Below, one piece after another: positions 37,609 through 51,089 of a DNA stretch of 64,000 nt. The translations under genes were made by a program, and so were the position numbers. The first letter of the stretch is position 1. Every line of letters starts with the position of its first letter. Source of the stretch: Octopus sinensis (taxonomy: Eukaryota); the NCBI RefSeq assembly GCF_006345805.1, contig NC_043007.1, positions 38,626,001-38,690,000 of the forward strand, read 5' to 3'. The notes under the pieces are model-generated. The model was not told the origin of the DNA. It worked only from the letters and a program-made list of their open reading frames with translations, and made no database searches.

Positions 37609-37951
37609 TACATCTATTCTGCAAGAACTAACTAGGGTTGTAATATCAACATAAATTCATTATTTATTAATTGTATCTCTGACTGAAATTATCAGAATAT
37701 GTAGACACACACACACACTTACAGTCAGATAATTATATATACACAATTATTTCCAATACACACACACACACACACACATCTGCTTTTCTTGATGTCTTTG
37801 ACGTTGTGTGGATATATTACATAATAGTTTCAAAAGAATTGTATTAGTTAATTATTTCTTCAATATTCACTGTTTGTACATGCACATGTGTGTGTATGTA
37901 TGTTAGCATATATATTCCGACATTTATTCTGGCATTTGTTCATTTTACTAG

Positions 37952-38108
37952 CTTTTCTTCCACCCACTGTGATGCTACCCCCTCGTCGATTACAGACTTT
38001 ACTTAGCCAGGCTGTAGAACTTCAAACAGATCAATGTTTGTACCACAATACCAAACTTGACAACAATCTTGATGCAGTCTCTCTCCTCATAGACCACACT
38101 TGTAATAG
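37952..38108 (+). CDS. WDR26: WDR26 exon 6 ([53 protein letters not shown])
   Basis: Acceptor ttactag|C, donor AG|GTTGGT; near-identical to human [50 protein letters not shown]. Confidence 0.96.
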
Positions 38109-38438
38109 GTTGGTACATTTAACTGGATTTCATTTTGTTTCATTTCCTTAAACATTTCTTTGTTAATAATGCCTGTTGTTTGATATTTACATTGAATGCT
38201 TATACATAAAGGTGCACATGTATGAAGATGCATGCACACACACACGTACATAGGTACACAAGTGCTTGCAAACACACAAACACGCCCACTTTGTCACACA
38301 GTCAGTAATTTGAAGCTAAAATACTTTGCAGTTTGTAGTTACCATAATGTTTGGAATTTCAACCTGTCAGGAGAATGTTTGTAATCCTTTCATTCCAGAA
38401 GAAACTGGTTAATATACTGAGATTAGTATATATAAATA

Positions 38439-38615
38439 CAGTAAAACCTCGGTTTTCGAACAACTCTGATCATAAATAAATCGTACTTTATCTCCTGTCT
38501 TTCTCATATTCATTTAATACAGTAGTACCTCGGTTTATGAACGCCTCTGATGACGAATAAATCATGCTTTATATCTGTATATTTATATCTATCTATCTAT
38601 CTACATACACACACA

Positions 38616-38652
<37 letters not shown>

Positions 38653-38685
38653 GATCAGAGTTGTTTGAAAACCGAGGTACTACTG
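38439..38685. mobile_element. Tigger/pogo-type (Tc1-mariner) MITE with duplicated left end
   Basis: TA|CAGTAAAACCTCGG (38439), TA|CAGTAGTACCTCGG (38520), CCGAGGTACTACTG|TA (38685). Confidence 0.85.
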
Positions 38686-39189
38686 TATGTTAATATTTGT
38701 AAAATTAACGAGCAACTAGGTTCACTATGTCCATTTTTTTTCTTTTACAAATTTGTGGCATTGTGATAAATTATTGGCAGAAATGGTAGCATATCAGACA
38801 AAATGCTTAACATTTCTTTACCTTGTGAATTGAAATCATTTTGAGGTCAATTTTACCTTTCACCCTTCCAGGGTCAATAAAGTACCAGTCATGTACTCAA
38901 CTAATTCCTTGCTCCTAAAATTGCTATGATGATCAAAGTGAGTTGCCTCTCTGTTAAGAGGCACAAGCACTTACATGCACATAAGATAACTTCTGCTTAC
39001 CATATTCAATCACAAGGCGTTGGTCAGCCCAAGGCTATAGCAGAAGACACTTGCCCAAGGTGCCATGCAGTGGGACTGAACCCAAAGCCATATGGCTGGG
39101 AAGCAAAATTCCTAACCACACAGCCATGTCTGCACCTATATTGTTAGAGAAAGATAATTACTGAATTTCAGAGGTATCAAACTGTTGGA

Positions 39190-39960
39190 TCAAGTCTTGA
39201 AAGTTACAGAAATGGTTATTTATTACTCAACTAATTAGGAAAAGAGTTAACCTAGATGAAATGCAGTTTGGCTTTGTGCCAGAAAGCAGTGCTGCTGATG
39301 CATTCTTCTTGGTGTGGCTGCTGCAGGAGAAATAGTTTGCTAAAAATAGGATGCTGTACTAAGAATTTGTTGGGTTGAAAAAAACCTTTGACAGTGTACT
39401 TCATTTTGTGATCTTGTAGTCACTTGGGAAGTGAGGAGTAGATGGATGGCTTTTGAGAGCCATACAAGCCATGTACATTGATGCTGTCAGTAACTTGAGA
39501 ATTCATAGAATGTATGGGTGGTTCATCAGGGCTTCATTGTTAGTCCCCTTTTATTCATTATAATCCTTCAGGCTATAACAGAGGAGTTTAAGACTGGTTG
39601 CCTGTAGGAACTGCTGGGTATTAATGGCCTAATTATAGCTGAATGTGGAATAAAATTAGAAAAGAACCTCAAATTATAAGGCCTTTATTTCATCAGGGAA
39701 ATGGTTTTTGTTCATATGTAAAAAAAGCATTTGGTAGAAATTCCATATGGTGTACTCAATGCAAACTTTGAGTGCATAAGAGATGCAGTGCTATCACAGG
39801 CAATAAAAGGTAGATTTCGTGTATGGCAAATGCACAAAAGAATTAAACAGTAAGAGCACAAAAATAGATTTTCTTAGATGCCCAGGATGTGTAATGTTAA
39901 TGTGCATGATGAAGTAGAATTATGTTGAGAGAAAAACTGAGCTTAAGAGGAATCAGATGT
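39190..39960 (+). mobile_element. RTE LINE reverse-transcriptase pseudo-ORF
   Basis: RVNLDEMQFGFVP, FVGLKKTFD and VHQG..LSPLLFII RT motifs with stops and frameshifts. Confidence 0.85.
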
Positions 39961-41175
39961 AGTATAAGTGAAGACTGTTCTGGTACTGGCAATGACCTCA
40001 CTCGAATCTTTTTACACATGCCACCGGCACAGGTGCCAGTAAGGCGACGCTGGTAATGATCACGCTCGAATGATGCCCTTTTACGTGCCACCAGCACGGA
40101 AGCCAGTTAGCCGCTCTGGCAACGAGCACACTCGCCTTTCATCCTTCCAGGAATCAAAGTACCAGTTAAGTACCCTTGGTGCAGCTTAATCCTCTCTCCA
40201 TCCAGCAGTCACATTTCGGATGTTCTGCTGGAGGGTCAAGGGCTAGAGAGTCACGAGGAAGGTGTCTGTTATTTTTCTTGTGCTTACATGGTTATTAAAG
40301 AAGCATTAGTAAAAGGCATGGGGCATGCTGAATCTGTGCTGAATATAAGTGATGGCCATATTGGATCTATAGAATCTATAGAACTGGATCCCCACAAGCA
40401 TGCACATATACCACATATATACACACACTGATATATTGCATGTACAAGCACCACCAATATTGCTATACTGTAAGCACAATAGATATTTAAAACTTGCTGA
40501 TTCAGTAATACCTAACTTTGACTGTAACTCCCTGGTGTCATCAGTGAGACCACTGTAACTTTCCTTAGTTTAAGACTGCTTTGTTCAAAATATAACCACC
40601 AGAAACATAACCATACGTGGTGGTGGGAGTGTGTGACTCTATATGAATGGCCCTGTCATGAAATTCAATTCATTATTTTCATTGATTGCATTTTTTTTTA
40701 TTTAATTCAAATTTTCAAGTTCAATTTCCATTAATATTTATTTATTTAAAATAAAATACATTCCAATTTCATTTCATAAAAAACATTTGAATTTTCAAGT
40801 ATATGAAATATGAATCCAAAATACCAAAAATTACCCCCCACTGCCATGCACATGACAAGAAAAAGCAAAACAAACTCCCACAAAGAAAGCCTGGAAGTAA
40901 AATCTAAACTAAAAGAAAAGAAATCAACTCCCCTGCTCAGAAGTAATTCTCTCACTTCCCTCTTCTTTGTCCTCTACTCAAACCTTGAATTACACTTTTC
41001 ATCAATAACAGTAATAGGAGTATTGGTGTTATTGATTTTTTATTGTTTTTCTTAGTAGCATTAGTCATGGTGTCTATCCCAGTTTTATTTCAGTGACTAA
41101 TGGCTTTTCTGCATTCATGAATACCTGTAAGAGTGTGTGAGGTTTAGGCTTGAATCTGTATGTAATGTGTGTGTG

Positions 41176-41217
<42 letters not shown>

Positions 41218-41230
41218 GCATTGTGAATGT

Positions 41231-41530
41231 GTGTGGCTTAGTAGTTAGGGTATTTGGTTCATGATTGTAAGATTGTGAGTTCAATTCCTGGCGATGCATT
41301 GTGTTCTTGAGTGAGACACCTTATTTCACGTCGTTCTAGTCCACTCAGCTGGTAAAAATGAGTAGTACCTGTAATTCAGAGAGGGCCAACCTTGTTGCAC
41401 TCTGTGATGCCGAGAACTACTTTAAGGGTACACGTGTATGTGGAGTATTCAGCCACTTGCATGTTAATTTAACAAGCAGGCTGTTCCATTGATCAGATCA
41501 ACTGGAACCCTTGTAATCAATGCAGTGCCA
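41231..41530 (+). mobile_element. SINE (head B, tail 1)
   Basis: Head matches 37346; from 41365 it matches 4243-4420 of the 4047 element. Confidence 0.8.
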
Positions 41531-42284
41531 GTCATACATATACACACACACACGTATGTATGTGTATATATATATATATGTGTGTGTGTGTTTATTTTAA
41601 CTGGCAGGCATTTCCTATGGTATGGAAATGTTGCATTTATGAAAATCTTGTAATGCTGAGCCTATTTTTCCCATTGACATTCATGTTACATAGAAGTCAG
41701 TAAGGAAATTATTTTACTTTATGGAATCTAGCATTAGGACAAAATTTTTAAGAATCCAACTTTTCATAATGCAGGGATGTATTTCTCTCTCTCTCTCTCT
41801 CTCACTCTATATATTATATTCACTTGTTTATCTATGAATCCTAATGTTTTGTCTAGGATTGTTTGTTTAATTAATGATTAATTTTTTAACATTTTTAGAT
41901 GTTAATATGAGTATTTGTGTGTGTATCCATGTCTATACTTGGGTGTGTCTATTTTATGGTAGCTGTCAGCTATGTGAATTTGTGAATGCATCCTTGTCTC
42001 TGTTCTTATGAGTGGTTGCCCTACCTGCTAGAAATAGCAGCAAAATCTCCCTTGCACTGCACCCCTTTGTCTTGAAACGGAACAGTACACATTGAATAAT
42101 GTAGTCAGTTTGCACTATGTCTGACTAAAAGACAGGATGTTCATGGTTAGAAATCCTAGATCATAGATTTATCAATTCAGGGCCAAGTTGGGACTGAAAA
42201 TCCTCATCTGATCAGAGTATGAGGTTAACAGTTTACAGATCTCTTGTCTTGTTTCAGATTTCTAGAATGTATTTTGTTATAGGT

Positions 42285-42695
42285 ATTGGCTTGGCTGTGT
42301 GATTAAGCAACTTGTTTCTCAACTAGGTGGTCTTAGGTTCAGTTCCTCTGTGTAGCACCTTGAGCAAAGTCTCCTAGTATGACTCTGGGCTAACCAAAGA
42401 TTTGTGAGTGAATTTGGCATACAGAAACTGAAAGAAGCTCATTGTGTGTTTGTATAAACCCTTGTCTAAATATCGTGTGATGGCTGTAAATGAGCATCAG
42501 TGTTATAAAAGCAAGATTGTTTGTTTCCAGTCTTCTGGGGAAAATGTGCAGCTATGGAAAAATATTATCTTGCTTGGAAACAGATGACTATTGGCAACAG
42601 GCATCCAGCTGTAGAAAATCTGCTTCAAGTTATTCTGTCTGATCCATACAAGTATGGAAAAATGGGCATTAAATGGCGATGATGAGGATGATGTG
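42285..42695 (+). mobile_element. SINE head C with RTE-type tail
   Basis: Colinear with 28398-28805. Confidence 0.7.
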
Positions 42696-42813
42696 TATTT
42701 GGGCAGTACACTTAATTCTGCATGCAGAATAGAGAAAATTTCACCTATTCAAATAATTCTTTTTGTTTCTTTCATGATATATATATTTTATTTATCTTAT
42801 TTTTTATTTATAG

Positions 42814-42952
42814 GGATCAGTTTCCTTGTAATACTATTCAAATATTGAATGACCATTGTGATGAAGTATGGTTTTGTCGATTTTCTCCGGATGGCACAAA
42901 ATTAGCTACAGGTTCCAAGGATGGTACTCTCATTATCTGGGATGTTGATATG
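42814..42952 (+). CDS. WDR26: WDR26 exon 7 ([46 protein letters not shown]), WD40
   Basis: Acceptor tttatag|G, donor ATG|GTAAGT; WD40 H...W-D signature. Confidence 0.96.
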
Positions 42953-43171
42953 GTAAGTTGCAGCATTTTTGTATAATGATACAGGAGTCATGACATCCTG
43001 GTGGATAACTGTAACTGAAATGGCTGAGTGATTATATTATTGAAATATATTATTGATCAGAGGTTTAAATCCACTCTGGTAGAATACTTTATTTTGCAAT
43101 ACTTCTATTGTCTTCTGATCTGTTGGGAATAAGTACCACATTTTAATGAATATTACCAGTGGTCCTTTTAA

Positions 43172-43379
43172 CCCTTTTGATACCAACCTACCTGGTACCA
43201 CCCATGATACAAACTTCCTGTTTTAAACTGATATACATAAAAATCTTCCGTCAAAATTTCATGTTTATGTTCCAAACACCAGCTTAATAATGGCAGTTAT
43301 TTTACTAAATTCTTCATTATTTTCAAAATTAATTGAAATAGAGACAGTGTACTTTGACAGAAATATGGTAACTAAAGGG
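43172..43379. mobile_element. piggyBac-type MITE, family B (partial copy follows at 43384-43520)
   Basis: TTAA|CCCTTT ... AAAGGG|TTAA. Confidence 0.85.
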
Positions 43380-44155
43380 TTAAAGTGATCTTAGCTAAAA
43401 CCTTTCACCAAACAAAATATCATGAGAATTTGTTCCAAAAATTAGCTTAATAATGACTTATTTTATTAAATTCATTATTTTCAAAATTAATTGAAACAAA
43501 GGCCCATCAGAAATAAGGAAATATTTTTATTTCTAATGTATACACACATTCTCTGGGTTGTGTATATATACACATTCATTTTAGTTGTTTGTTGTAGATA
43601 TTTACATATCCTTTCATAACGCCTTGACAGTTGTGTATGTGTGTTTGTGCATGCTCACACTACATATGCATTAGCTACAGTAGTACCAGGCTCTTACGTA
43701 TAATGCTACAATAGTAACTTCATTTACAATCACCATAAATTAACATTATTGTTATAGAAATAGTCATTCACATTATGTACAATACAAGTGACTGCGTATT
43801 CTCTGTCCTTTAACTCTTAATGTCAAGGCTACAGTCTGGTTAGTCTGCACACTTTTATTATCTCCCCTTTCTTTGAAATAACTAATGTGACACTTTTTTT
43901 AAAAAATATATATACTAACTCAAGGAGAACTTAATGGCTTGATTCTAAATTGGTCTACTGAATTTTCTTGTTGTTTCCTCCAAAATACAATTGTTTAATG
44001 TTTATGTGACTTCTTCTTCAGTAGGAATCATACTTATATTTGTATGATGTAAATATTAATCACCTTTGTATATTTTGCATCATTGAGTGTATACATCTCT
44101 TAAAATTTTGTACTATGTTTTTGTACATGTATATATATATATGTGTGTGTGCATT

Positions 44156-44191
<36 letters not shown>

Positions 44192-44304
44192 ATGTTTTTG
44201 ATTTAGTTTGGATTCTTTGCCATCAAATTTGAATTCTTTGCCATCAAATTTGAATTCTTTGCAAACAAATTTGATGGCAAAGAATCCAAACTAGATCGAA
44301 AATA

Positions 44305-44305
<1 letters not shown>
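44192..44305. repeat. Fold-back hairpin, 40-bp arms enclosing 21-bp tandem units, embedded in (TA)n
   Basis: 44192-44231 pairs with 44266-44305 at 37/40. Confidence 0.9.
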
Positions 44306-44343
<38 letters not shown>

Positions 44344-44537
44344 ATAGATAAAGCTAAAAATAGTGTGTAGAAATGATTTATTTCTTATCTCGAATTTTCT
44401 AAATTCCTATAATGTAAACAGTACATGCATGCATATATACATATTTTATACACGTGCATACATACATGAACTCCCATTTTAAATTTCGTTTTTCTCTAAT
44501 TTGCCTATATTTTATTTTTTTCAATATTTTTAAACAG

Positions 44538-44678
44538 TATACGTTTGAAGTATTGATGCGTAGAGCATATGAAGGTCACTCCTATGGTGTATCATATATA
44601 GCATGGCATCCAGATAGTAAATACATCATTGCTTGTGGTCCAGACGACTGTGCTGAAGTTTGGTTATGGAATGTTGAG
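44538..44678 (+). CDS. WDR26: WDR26 exon 8 ([47 protein letters not shown]), WD40
   Basis: Acceptor taaacag|T, donor GAG|GTGAGG; matches human [35 protein letters not shown]. Confidence 0.96.
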
Positions 44679-45169
44679 GTGAGGTGGTTTTACTGGTGTG
44701 TTGAATGTATTGAAATGTAGATTAGTTATTGTTGTTGCTATTGTTGTTGATTAGTCTCTGGTTATTTTTGACTGGATCTAATTAACAAGAACACTTTTTT
44801 TTTGTGATCACTTTGTGTTCTCAAGCATGACGTGTGAGATAAAATCCTGTGTCTCTCTCTTTTTTTTTTAAGAAGGCAGGTGATTTGAGTGAAATTTGGC
44901 CAATATTTGTAGCAAATTGAGAAACACATAGACTTGCTTGACTTGTGGATAAATTAGCATTGAGCTTGTGTGTCACTTCTTGATTTGTAGGCATTTGGAA
45001 ATAGAAAATGAAGCTTATTAAGCGAAGAATCATGTAAACCACCACAATGTAAGATAAAGGGGAAACTTTATCCAGTATTTCTAGCTTATTAACTTCTAAT
45101 TGTGATGGTGGGGGTGGAAATTATGTTTTCCAATGTTCTTTTATCATTTGCTTGTTTCAATCATCAGTC

Positions 45170-45538
45170 TGCAGCCATGCTCAGGCATCATCTTGAAGAA
45201 TTCTTAGCCGAATTAATCAACCCTAGTATTTATTTTTTGTTAACCTTGGTAATTATTGCATCGATTTGTTTCGCTGAACTGCTAAGTTATGGGGATGTAA
45301 ACACTCCAGTTGTCAAGTGGTTGTGCAGGAGAAATACATACAACATACACGCATGGACACACACAAATATATATGATGGGCTTCTTTCAGTTTCCATCTA
45401 CCAAATCCACTCACAAGGCTTTGATTGGCCCAAAGCTATAGTAGAAGACATTTGCTCAATGTGCTGTGCAGTGAGACTGAACCCGGAATCATGTGGTTGA
45501 GAAGGAAGCTTCTTACCACTCAGCCATGCCTGCACCTT
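45170..45538 (-). mobile_element. SINE head C, near full length
   Basis: Reverse complement of the 56649 family; head ends ccactcagccatgcctgcacc. Confidence 0.75.
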
Positions 45539-45895
45539 GAAAATTCAAGTTTAAAATCCTTATTGTGTATTTGTGAGTACACATATATATATATATAACT
45601 GCTTCAACTTGTTCTATGTTGGAGGTGCTACAAAGCTAAAAGTAACGACCTTCATCAATAATTATCCTTTCATATTATTCCAAAAGAAAATGATACCACA
45701 GTCATTGGTGTGGTTTCAATTTTCCCCTCTATTCACTCTACTTAATCATTTATGCAAGTACTTGTGTTAATTGTCTTTCAGTCTTGTTATTATCCAAAAC
45801 CTTACAGATGTTTTATACAAGTTATTTCTCGATCCAGCTTTGTAACACTATCAAGATTAACATTTTCTCCCCTTTTCTATTTTTGGTTTTTGTAG

Positions 45896-46015
45896 ACTAG
45901 TGAATTGAAAGCTAAAATGAGTCAATCTCCTGAAGATAGTTTAACCAGTGCTGCGTGGCATGCAGATGGCAAAGAATTTTTCACAGGAGGCACTAGAGGA
46001 CAATTCTACCAATGT
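45896..46015 (+). CDS. WDR26: WDR26 exon 9 ([40 protein letters not shown])
   Basis: Acceptor ttttgtag|A, donor TGT|GTAAGC; matches human [40 protein letters not shown]. Confidence 0.96.
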
Positions 46016-46124
46016 GTAAGCAAAGTTTTCTTCTCTCATTTTTGAAACATGTTATTATTTTATATATATGTATTAAGATATGCTAAAGTCAGTATTTTTT
46101 GTCATTCAAACTCATTATAACACT

Positions 46125-46270
46125 GGTAATACCTCTTCTGTAGAGTGAAAGGCAAATTGTATGATGCTTGTTTATGAACAGCTATGCTACATGGTAGTGA
46201 AACCTGGTCTATGACTGCAGAGGACATGCAAAAGCTTGAAAGAAATGAAAGTATGTTCTGCCGGATGTTA
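46125..46270 (+). mobile_element. RTE ORF2 fragment
   Basis: KGKLYDAC...AMLHGSETWSMTAEDMQKLERNE. Confidence 0.75.
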
Positions 46271-47625
46271 CTTGGGGACCATGCTGTTACCACATAAAAG
46301 GCACCTAGTACACTCTGTAAAGTGGTTGAGTTAGGAAAGGCATCCAGCTATAGAAATCATGCCAATACAGACAGAGTTTGGTGCAGTCTTCTGACTTGTC
46401 AGATCCATGCCAGCATGGAAGGAGAACATTGATGACAGCGATTCTATACTGGTATGAGTTGGATGGTTTGACTGGATCTGATGAGCTAGAAGACTTCATT
46501 GAGCTCCATTGTTTGATTTGGCATAGTTTCTGTGGCTGGATGCCTTCCCTAATAGTAACCATGTTACTGAGTGTATAGGTTGTTTTTTGTGAAACCACCC
46601 TGTAACTCACGGGATAAAGACCCCTTGAGAAAGAAAGAATGCAGTATTGAGCGGGGTGATGCTTTGTGCTAAGTGTTGAGAAGCTAAGTTTTGATTGAGG
46701 AGCTGGAACAGGTGTTAATTTTTTTATTGACCCTGAAACTCTGAAAGGACAAAAGGCAAAGTTGACTTTGTCAGGATTTGAACTCAGAGCACATATGAGT
46801 CAGATCAAATACCATGAAGTATTCTATCCAACACTCTAGTAACCCTGCTCATTCACAGCCTTATGACTTAATCTACAATAACAAGAACTATGACAATGGC
46901 AACAACAATAACAACAAAAGCTGTTTTTTTATGGTGCATGGAGGATTCATTGGATGATTGTGTCACTTTGTGGAGTACTGTGTGCAAGGACAGGTTTCCT
47001 GGCTGTATTTTACAGCTATACATATGGAAACATCTACCTGTAATCAACTTAATTTACATGTGTAAGTGGGTGACAAATATATAAATGTTCATTTATTGCT
47101 TTTCTACTTTTCTACAACACCAGGACTTATCTTAGACTTGATATATGAATTTTAATTTGGCTTTAGATCTGATTTTTTTCATGCCAACATGGGTTAGGCA
47201 AGTATATTTATCAAGGTATTGTTTTACAGCTGAATGCTCTTCCTGTTGCCAACCCTTACCTGTTTATATGACTTAGAAGTGCTACAGTGAAGTATTACTA
47301 TGGGAAAGTGTCAATAAATTGTATTTTTTCTTACATCATTTCAACTTCTGTGGTACACAAACTGTTTATCATGTAGGCTCCTTCTTTCACATTACAGCAT
47401 ATTCAATCATAAAAAGTACATAACAGGTAAAACCACATTCACAATATGCATCAACATTCGTTACATCTTCTCATGAAGTTTATCCATATCTATGCAATAA
47501 TACTAATTTTCTTTCCATAAGTAGACTACCTTCATTTTTATGAAATCCAATTTTGAGCAGATTGCCATAAGGAAATTACTACAGGACTTGAAAGAGTTAA
47601 ATTCTCTTGTTGTTTGATCTTGCAG

Positions 47626-47771
47626 GATCAAGATGGCAATTTTTTTGATAATTGGGAAGGTGTTCGAGTCCAGTGCCTTGCATGTCAACACGATGGGAAA
47701 GCTGTTTTAGCTGCTGACACCCACAATAGAATAAGAGGCTACAATTTTGAAGATAAATCAGATTTTCATAT
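47626..47771 (+). CDS. WDR26: WDR26 exon 10 ([48 protein letters not shown])
   Basis: Acceptor cttgcag|G, donor AT|GTAAGT; matches human [43 protein letters not shown]. Confidence 0.96.
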
Positions 47772-49065
47772 GTAAGTATTTCTCGTGTGTTGTTACTTGT
47801 TATTTCTAGGAGCAAATATAGTTTAATGGGTAAAGGTGGTGAAGGAACACTGTGACAGCAAATTTACACTTTGATATCTAGTGAACCATAGTGGATACAT
47901 GCCACCCAGTTCCAAGCAGATGTTTGCAAATGTTCAGTAACACTTTGCTGGAGTAGTATTCAGTGGAATTTGATGCCTACCTAATTAGTCTTTGCTGACT
48001 CATGGCCAAGACATAGAATGCTACAGGAAACTGATTTTGACAGTTGTGTTGGACAACTCTGTAATAAGCTGTTCACTGAGAGGGATGCTATAACTCTGAA
48101 CTTGGTTGATATACCATATTTGTTTGTGGCTAACTTGGCAGCTATCTGTTACAAATAGCAGCAGACTGCAGGATGTTCCAAGTTGTGTGGCCTAAAGACA
48201 GAAGACAATGCTGAAGAAAGGACTCACACAAATGGGACACAATACACAAGTTCAGATTTCTTGGCTAAGGTGCTTGCCAAGAGGTTGGCACCTATTGTTG
48301 GCGGTTTAGTCAGAGGTGTGCAAAATTTTGTGAACCCTGGCCCATCTCCTCTAGCAGATATATCCATGACAACCTCTACCTCATATATCTCACTTCAAGG
48401 AGTCTTTGATCAAGTTAGCTCAGTGCAGTGTGAAGTGTATGGCAAGATCAACTACTATCATTACTTGGTAGTTGTCTGAGAAAAAACAGCAGGATTCTGC
48501 AGGGAAGGTATTACTGTTGTTTAGCCCCAAATCCTATTGATATGTGGTTGAACTAACAATCCAGATTCTGTTGACCTATGGATTAACTAACATTTATGTT
48601 ATTGCTATTTGTCCCCAAATTTATTTGAACTGTGGTCAAAAATGTTCCAGCAATGATCTTCTGATATTTTATTGTTCAGCTCTAATGTATCTAAGAGTTT
48701 AATATCCAATGTAATTTTTTTTTTAAGAAACAGATGTGAAAGAAATTTGGTTGCTATTTTTAGCAGATCAAGTTACTCATATGCATAAGTGTGTGAAATG
48801 ATAGTGATGGTTGTAAAATACTTGATAAAGTGAATAAAAAAAGCATCATTAAATTAATTTTTACTACTTGTATTCTTTACACTTTCAATACCAACTACCT
48901 AGACCTCCCTGAATCCTATGATATAAATTTCGTGTTTTAAAGCGATCTTTACTGTGTTCTTCATGATTTTCAAAATTTATTGAAACAAAGGCAGCATATT
49001 TCAACGGCAATACGGTAACAAAAGGATTTTAAATGTGTTTATTTTTTATTTTACCTTCTCCACAG

Positions 49066-49144
49066 ATTACAAGAAGATCATCCTGTTATGTCCTTCACTT
49101 TAGATGAAACTGGAAAATTAGCTTTATTAAATGTGGCCACTCAG
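49066..49144 (+). CDS. WDR26: WDR26 exon 11 ([27 protein letters not shown])
   Basis: Acceptor ctccacag|A, donor CAG|GTAAGC; matches human [27 protein letters not shown]. Confidence 0.96.
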
Positions 49145-49925
49145 GTAAGCATTCCAATTACTCTGGTATTTGAATTATTATTTAAAGGTATGCTTAAATG
49201 TGCTACATTTGGAATCAATATCCTTGATATTAGGTCACAACTAGGACTTTCAAACAATCCTTGCTGTTCCTAATAGAATAAGTTTCTGTATTATTGCCAT
49301 TACTCCAATCTCATTAAAGGACCTACTAAGTCTGTTGATAATGGTACCTAGGGTACCTATAACTACAGGAACTACATTTGAAGAAAACCTGCAGACTTTG
49401 CATTTTCCTTTGCTAAGTCTTGGTTTTTTTATTTATTTATTTTTTTTTTATTGCTATATTTATAACAGCCAACATGGCCATATCTAAGATGATGCACTCC
49501 TTTCACATCTTGTCTTGGATAATGATATCTAGTTGTCTTGCTTAAATCTCATGATCAGTTTGTACAGTAAAGTTGTATTGTTATTAACCCTTTAGCTTTC
49601 AGATTACTCTGTCAAATGTAATGTTTCAGGCCCTTTTCACCATCATCATCTAACATCTGTTCTCCATGCAGGCATGTGTTGGATGGTTTGACAGCAGCTA
49701 CCCAGTCAGAGCTGTCCAGGCTTCAACTGTCTGTTTTAGTGTGTTTTCTACAATTATTATTTTAAAGCTACTACATGCTATTTTAGTCATCGGGGATGTT
49801 GCTGCAGTTACTCTTTCTCTTAGTAAAGAGGTTTCTGGAATAAATTAAGAAAAATGAAAAGAAAGAATAAAATCAATTTTCTGTTTATCATTTAATGCTA
49901 TACATTTTTTTGTTTTATCTTTTAG

Positions 49926-50055
49926 GGAGTCCATTTATGGGATCTTAAGGATCGCTGCCTTCTTCGAAAATTTCAGGGTGTTACCCAGGGATTCTATACA
50001 ATACATTCTTGTTTTGGTGGATTAAATCAAGATTTCATTGCCAGTGGTAGTGAAG
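49926..50055 (+). CDS. WDR26: WDR26 exon 12 ([43 protein letters not shown])
   Basis: Acceptor ttttag|G, donor G|GTAACT; near-identical to the human segment; not in the ORF track. Confidence 0.96.
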
Positions 50056-50593
50056 GTAACTGAACTCTGTACATTATGTGCTGTTGTATAATCGATTTAA
50101 TTTTCTAATGTGGTTGACAAAACTGACTGTGCTTATAACAATTGCCTGGTAATGAATCAATACCCTAAAATTATTGGATGCAGGTGTTATGTATGTGTGG
50201 GTGTGTCTGATCCCCTTCCACTGCTTGCCAACCGGTGTTAGTATGTTTACATCCCTGTAACCTAGTGGTTTGACAAAAGAGACCAATAAAATAAATACCA
50301 GGCTTAACAAAACCATAAGTACTGGGATCGATTCATTTGGCTAAAAATCCTTCAAGGTGGTACCCCCAGCATGGCTGCAGTCTAATCACTGAAACAAATA
50401 AAAGATAATTTTAGTTGATCCTGAACCTGGCCAGTGCAAGATCTAAACCCAATCTTCTTTTCTCAATGTTATTTGAGTTGTGCTAATATATCTGTATGAG
50501 ATGTTACCTAGGAAAATATGTCCCTGCTTGCAGGAAGAAAGAAATGGGGGTACTTGGTGGAGGGCTAATGTTGACCTTTAGCAAGGTATTTAA

Positions 50594-50814
50594 CCCTTTA
50601 GTGTTCGCATTATTCTGCCACAATTAATGCTTTTTCATCCACATTGTTTTGAACTAATCATGCATTATCTTGTAGCGATGAGATTTTGATGAGGAAGCTG
50701 TTAATTTCTAAAACGATATTGTAGGGTTGGTGTAAGAGACCAGATCTGGCCAGTTTGCACATAAAACAGGCAGAATACTTTTGGCCGGATATGGCCGGTT
50801 TAAATACTAAAGGG
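50594..50814. mobile_element. piggyBac-type MITE, family A, 221 bp
   Basis: TTAA|CCCTTTAGT ... ACTAAAGGG|TTAA. Confidence 0.9.
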
Positions 50815-51089
50815 TTAATTTCATATTATTTTAATTTTCTCAGCTGAAATGCTATTACTAGTTGAGTGTTCTTGTAGCAGGTGACATCTTGTACTTTTAG
50901 GAACCAAGATAAGCTTTGATGTAATGAACCTGTACGTTTAAGACAGACTTTAACTTTTATGTTGTCTAGACCAAAACTGACTTTGATCAAGCTGAGATAA
51001 AGACATTCCACCCCTTGACCAATCAGTTTTTTTTTTTATAAGTGTAATTCATTTTATGGTTACCAGTGTGTCCTTTTTTTTTTAAAGAT

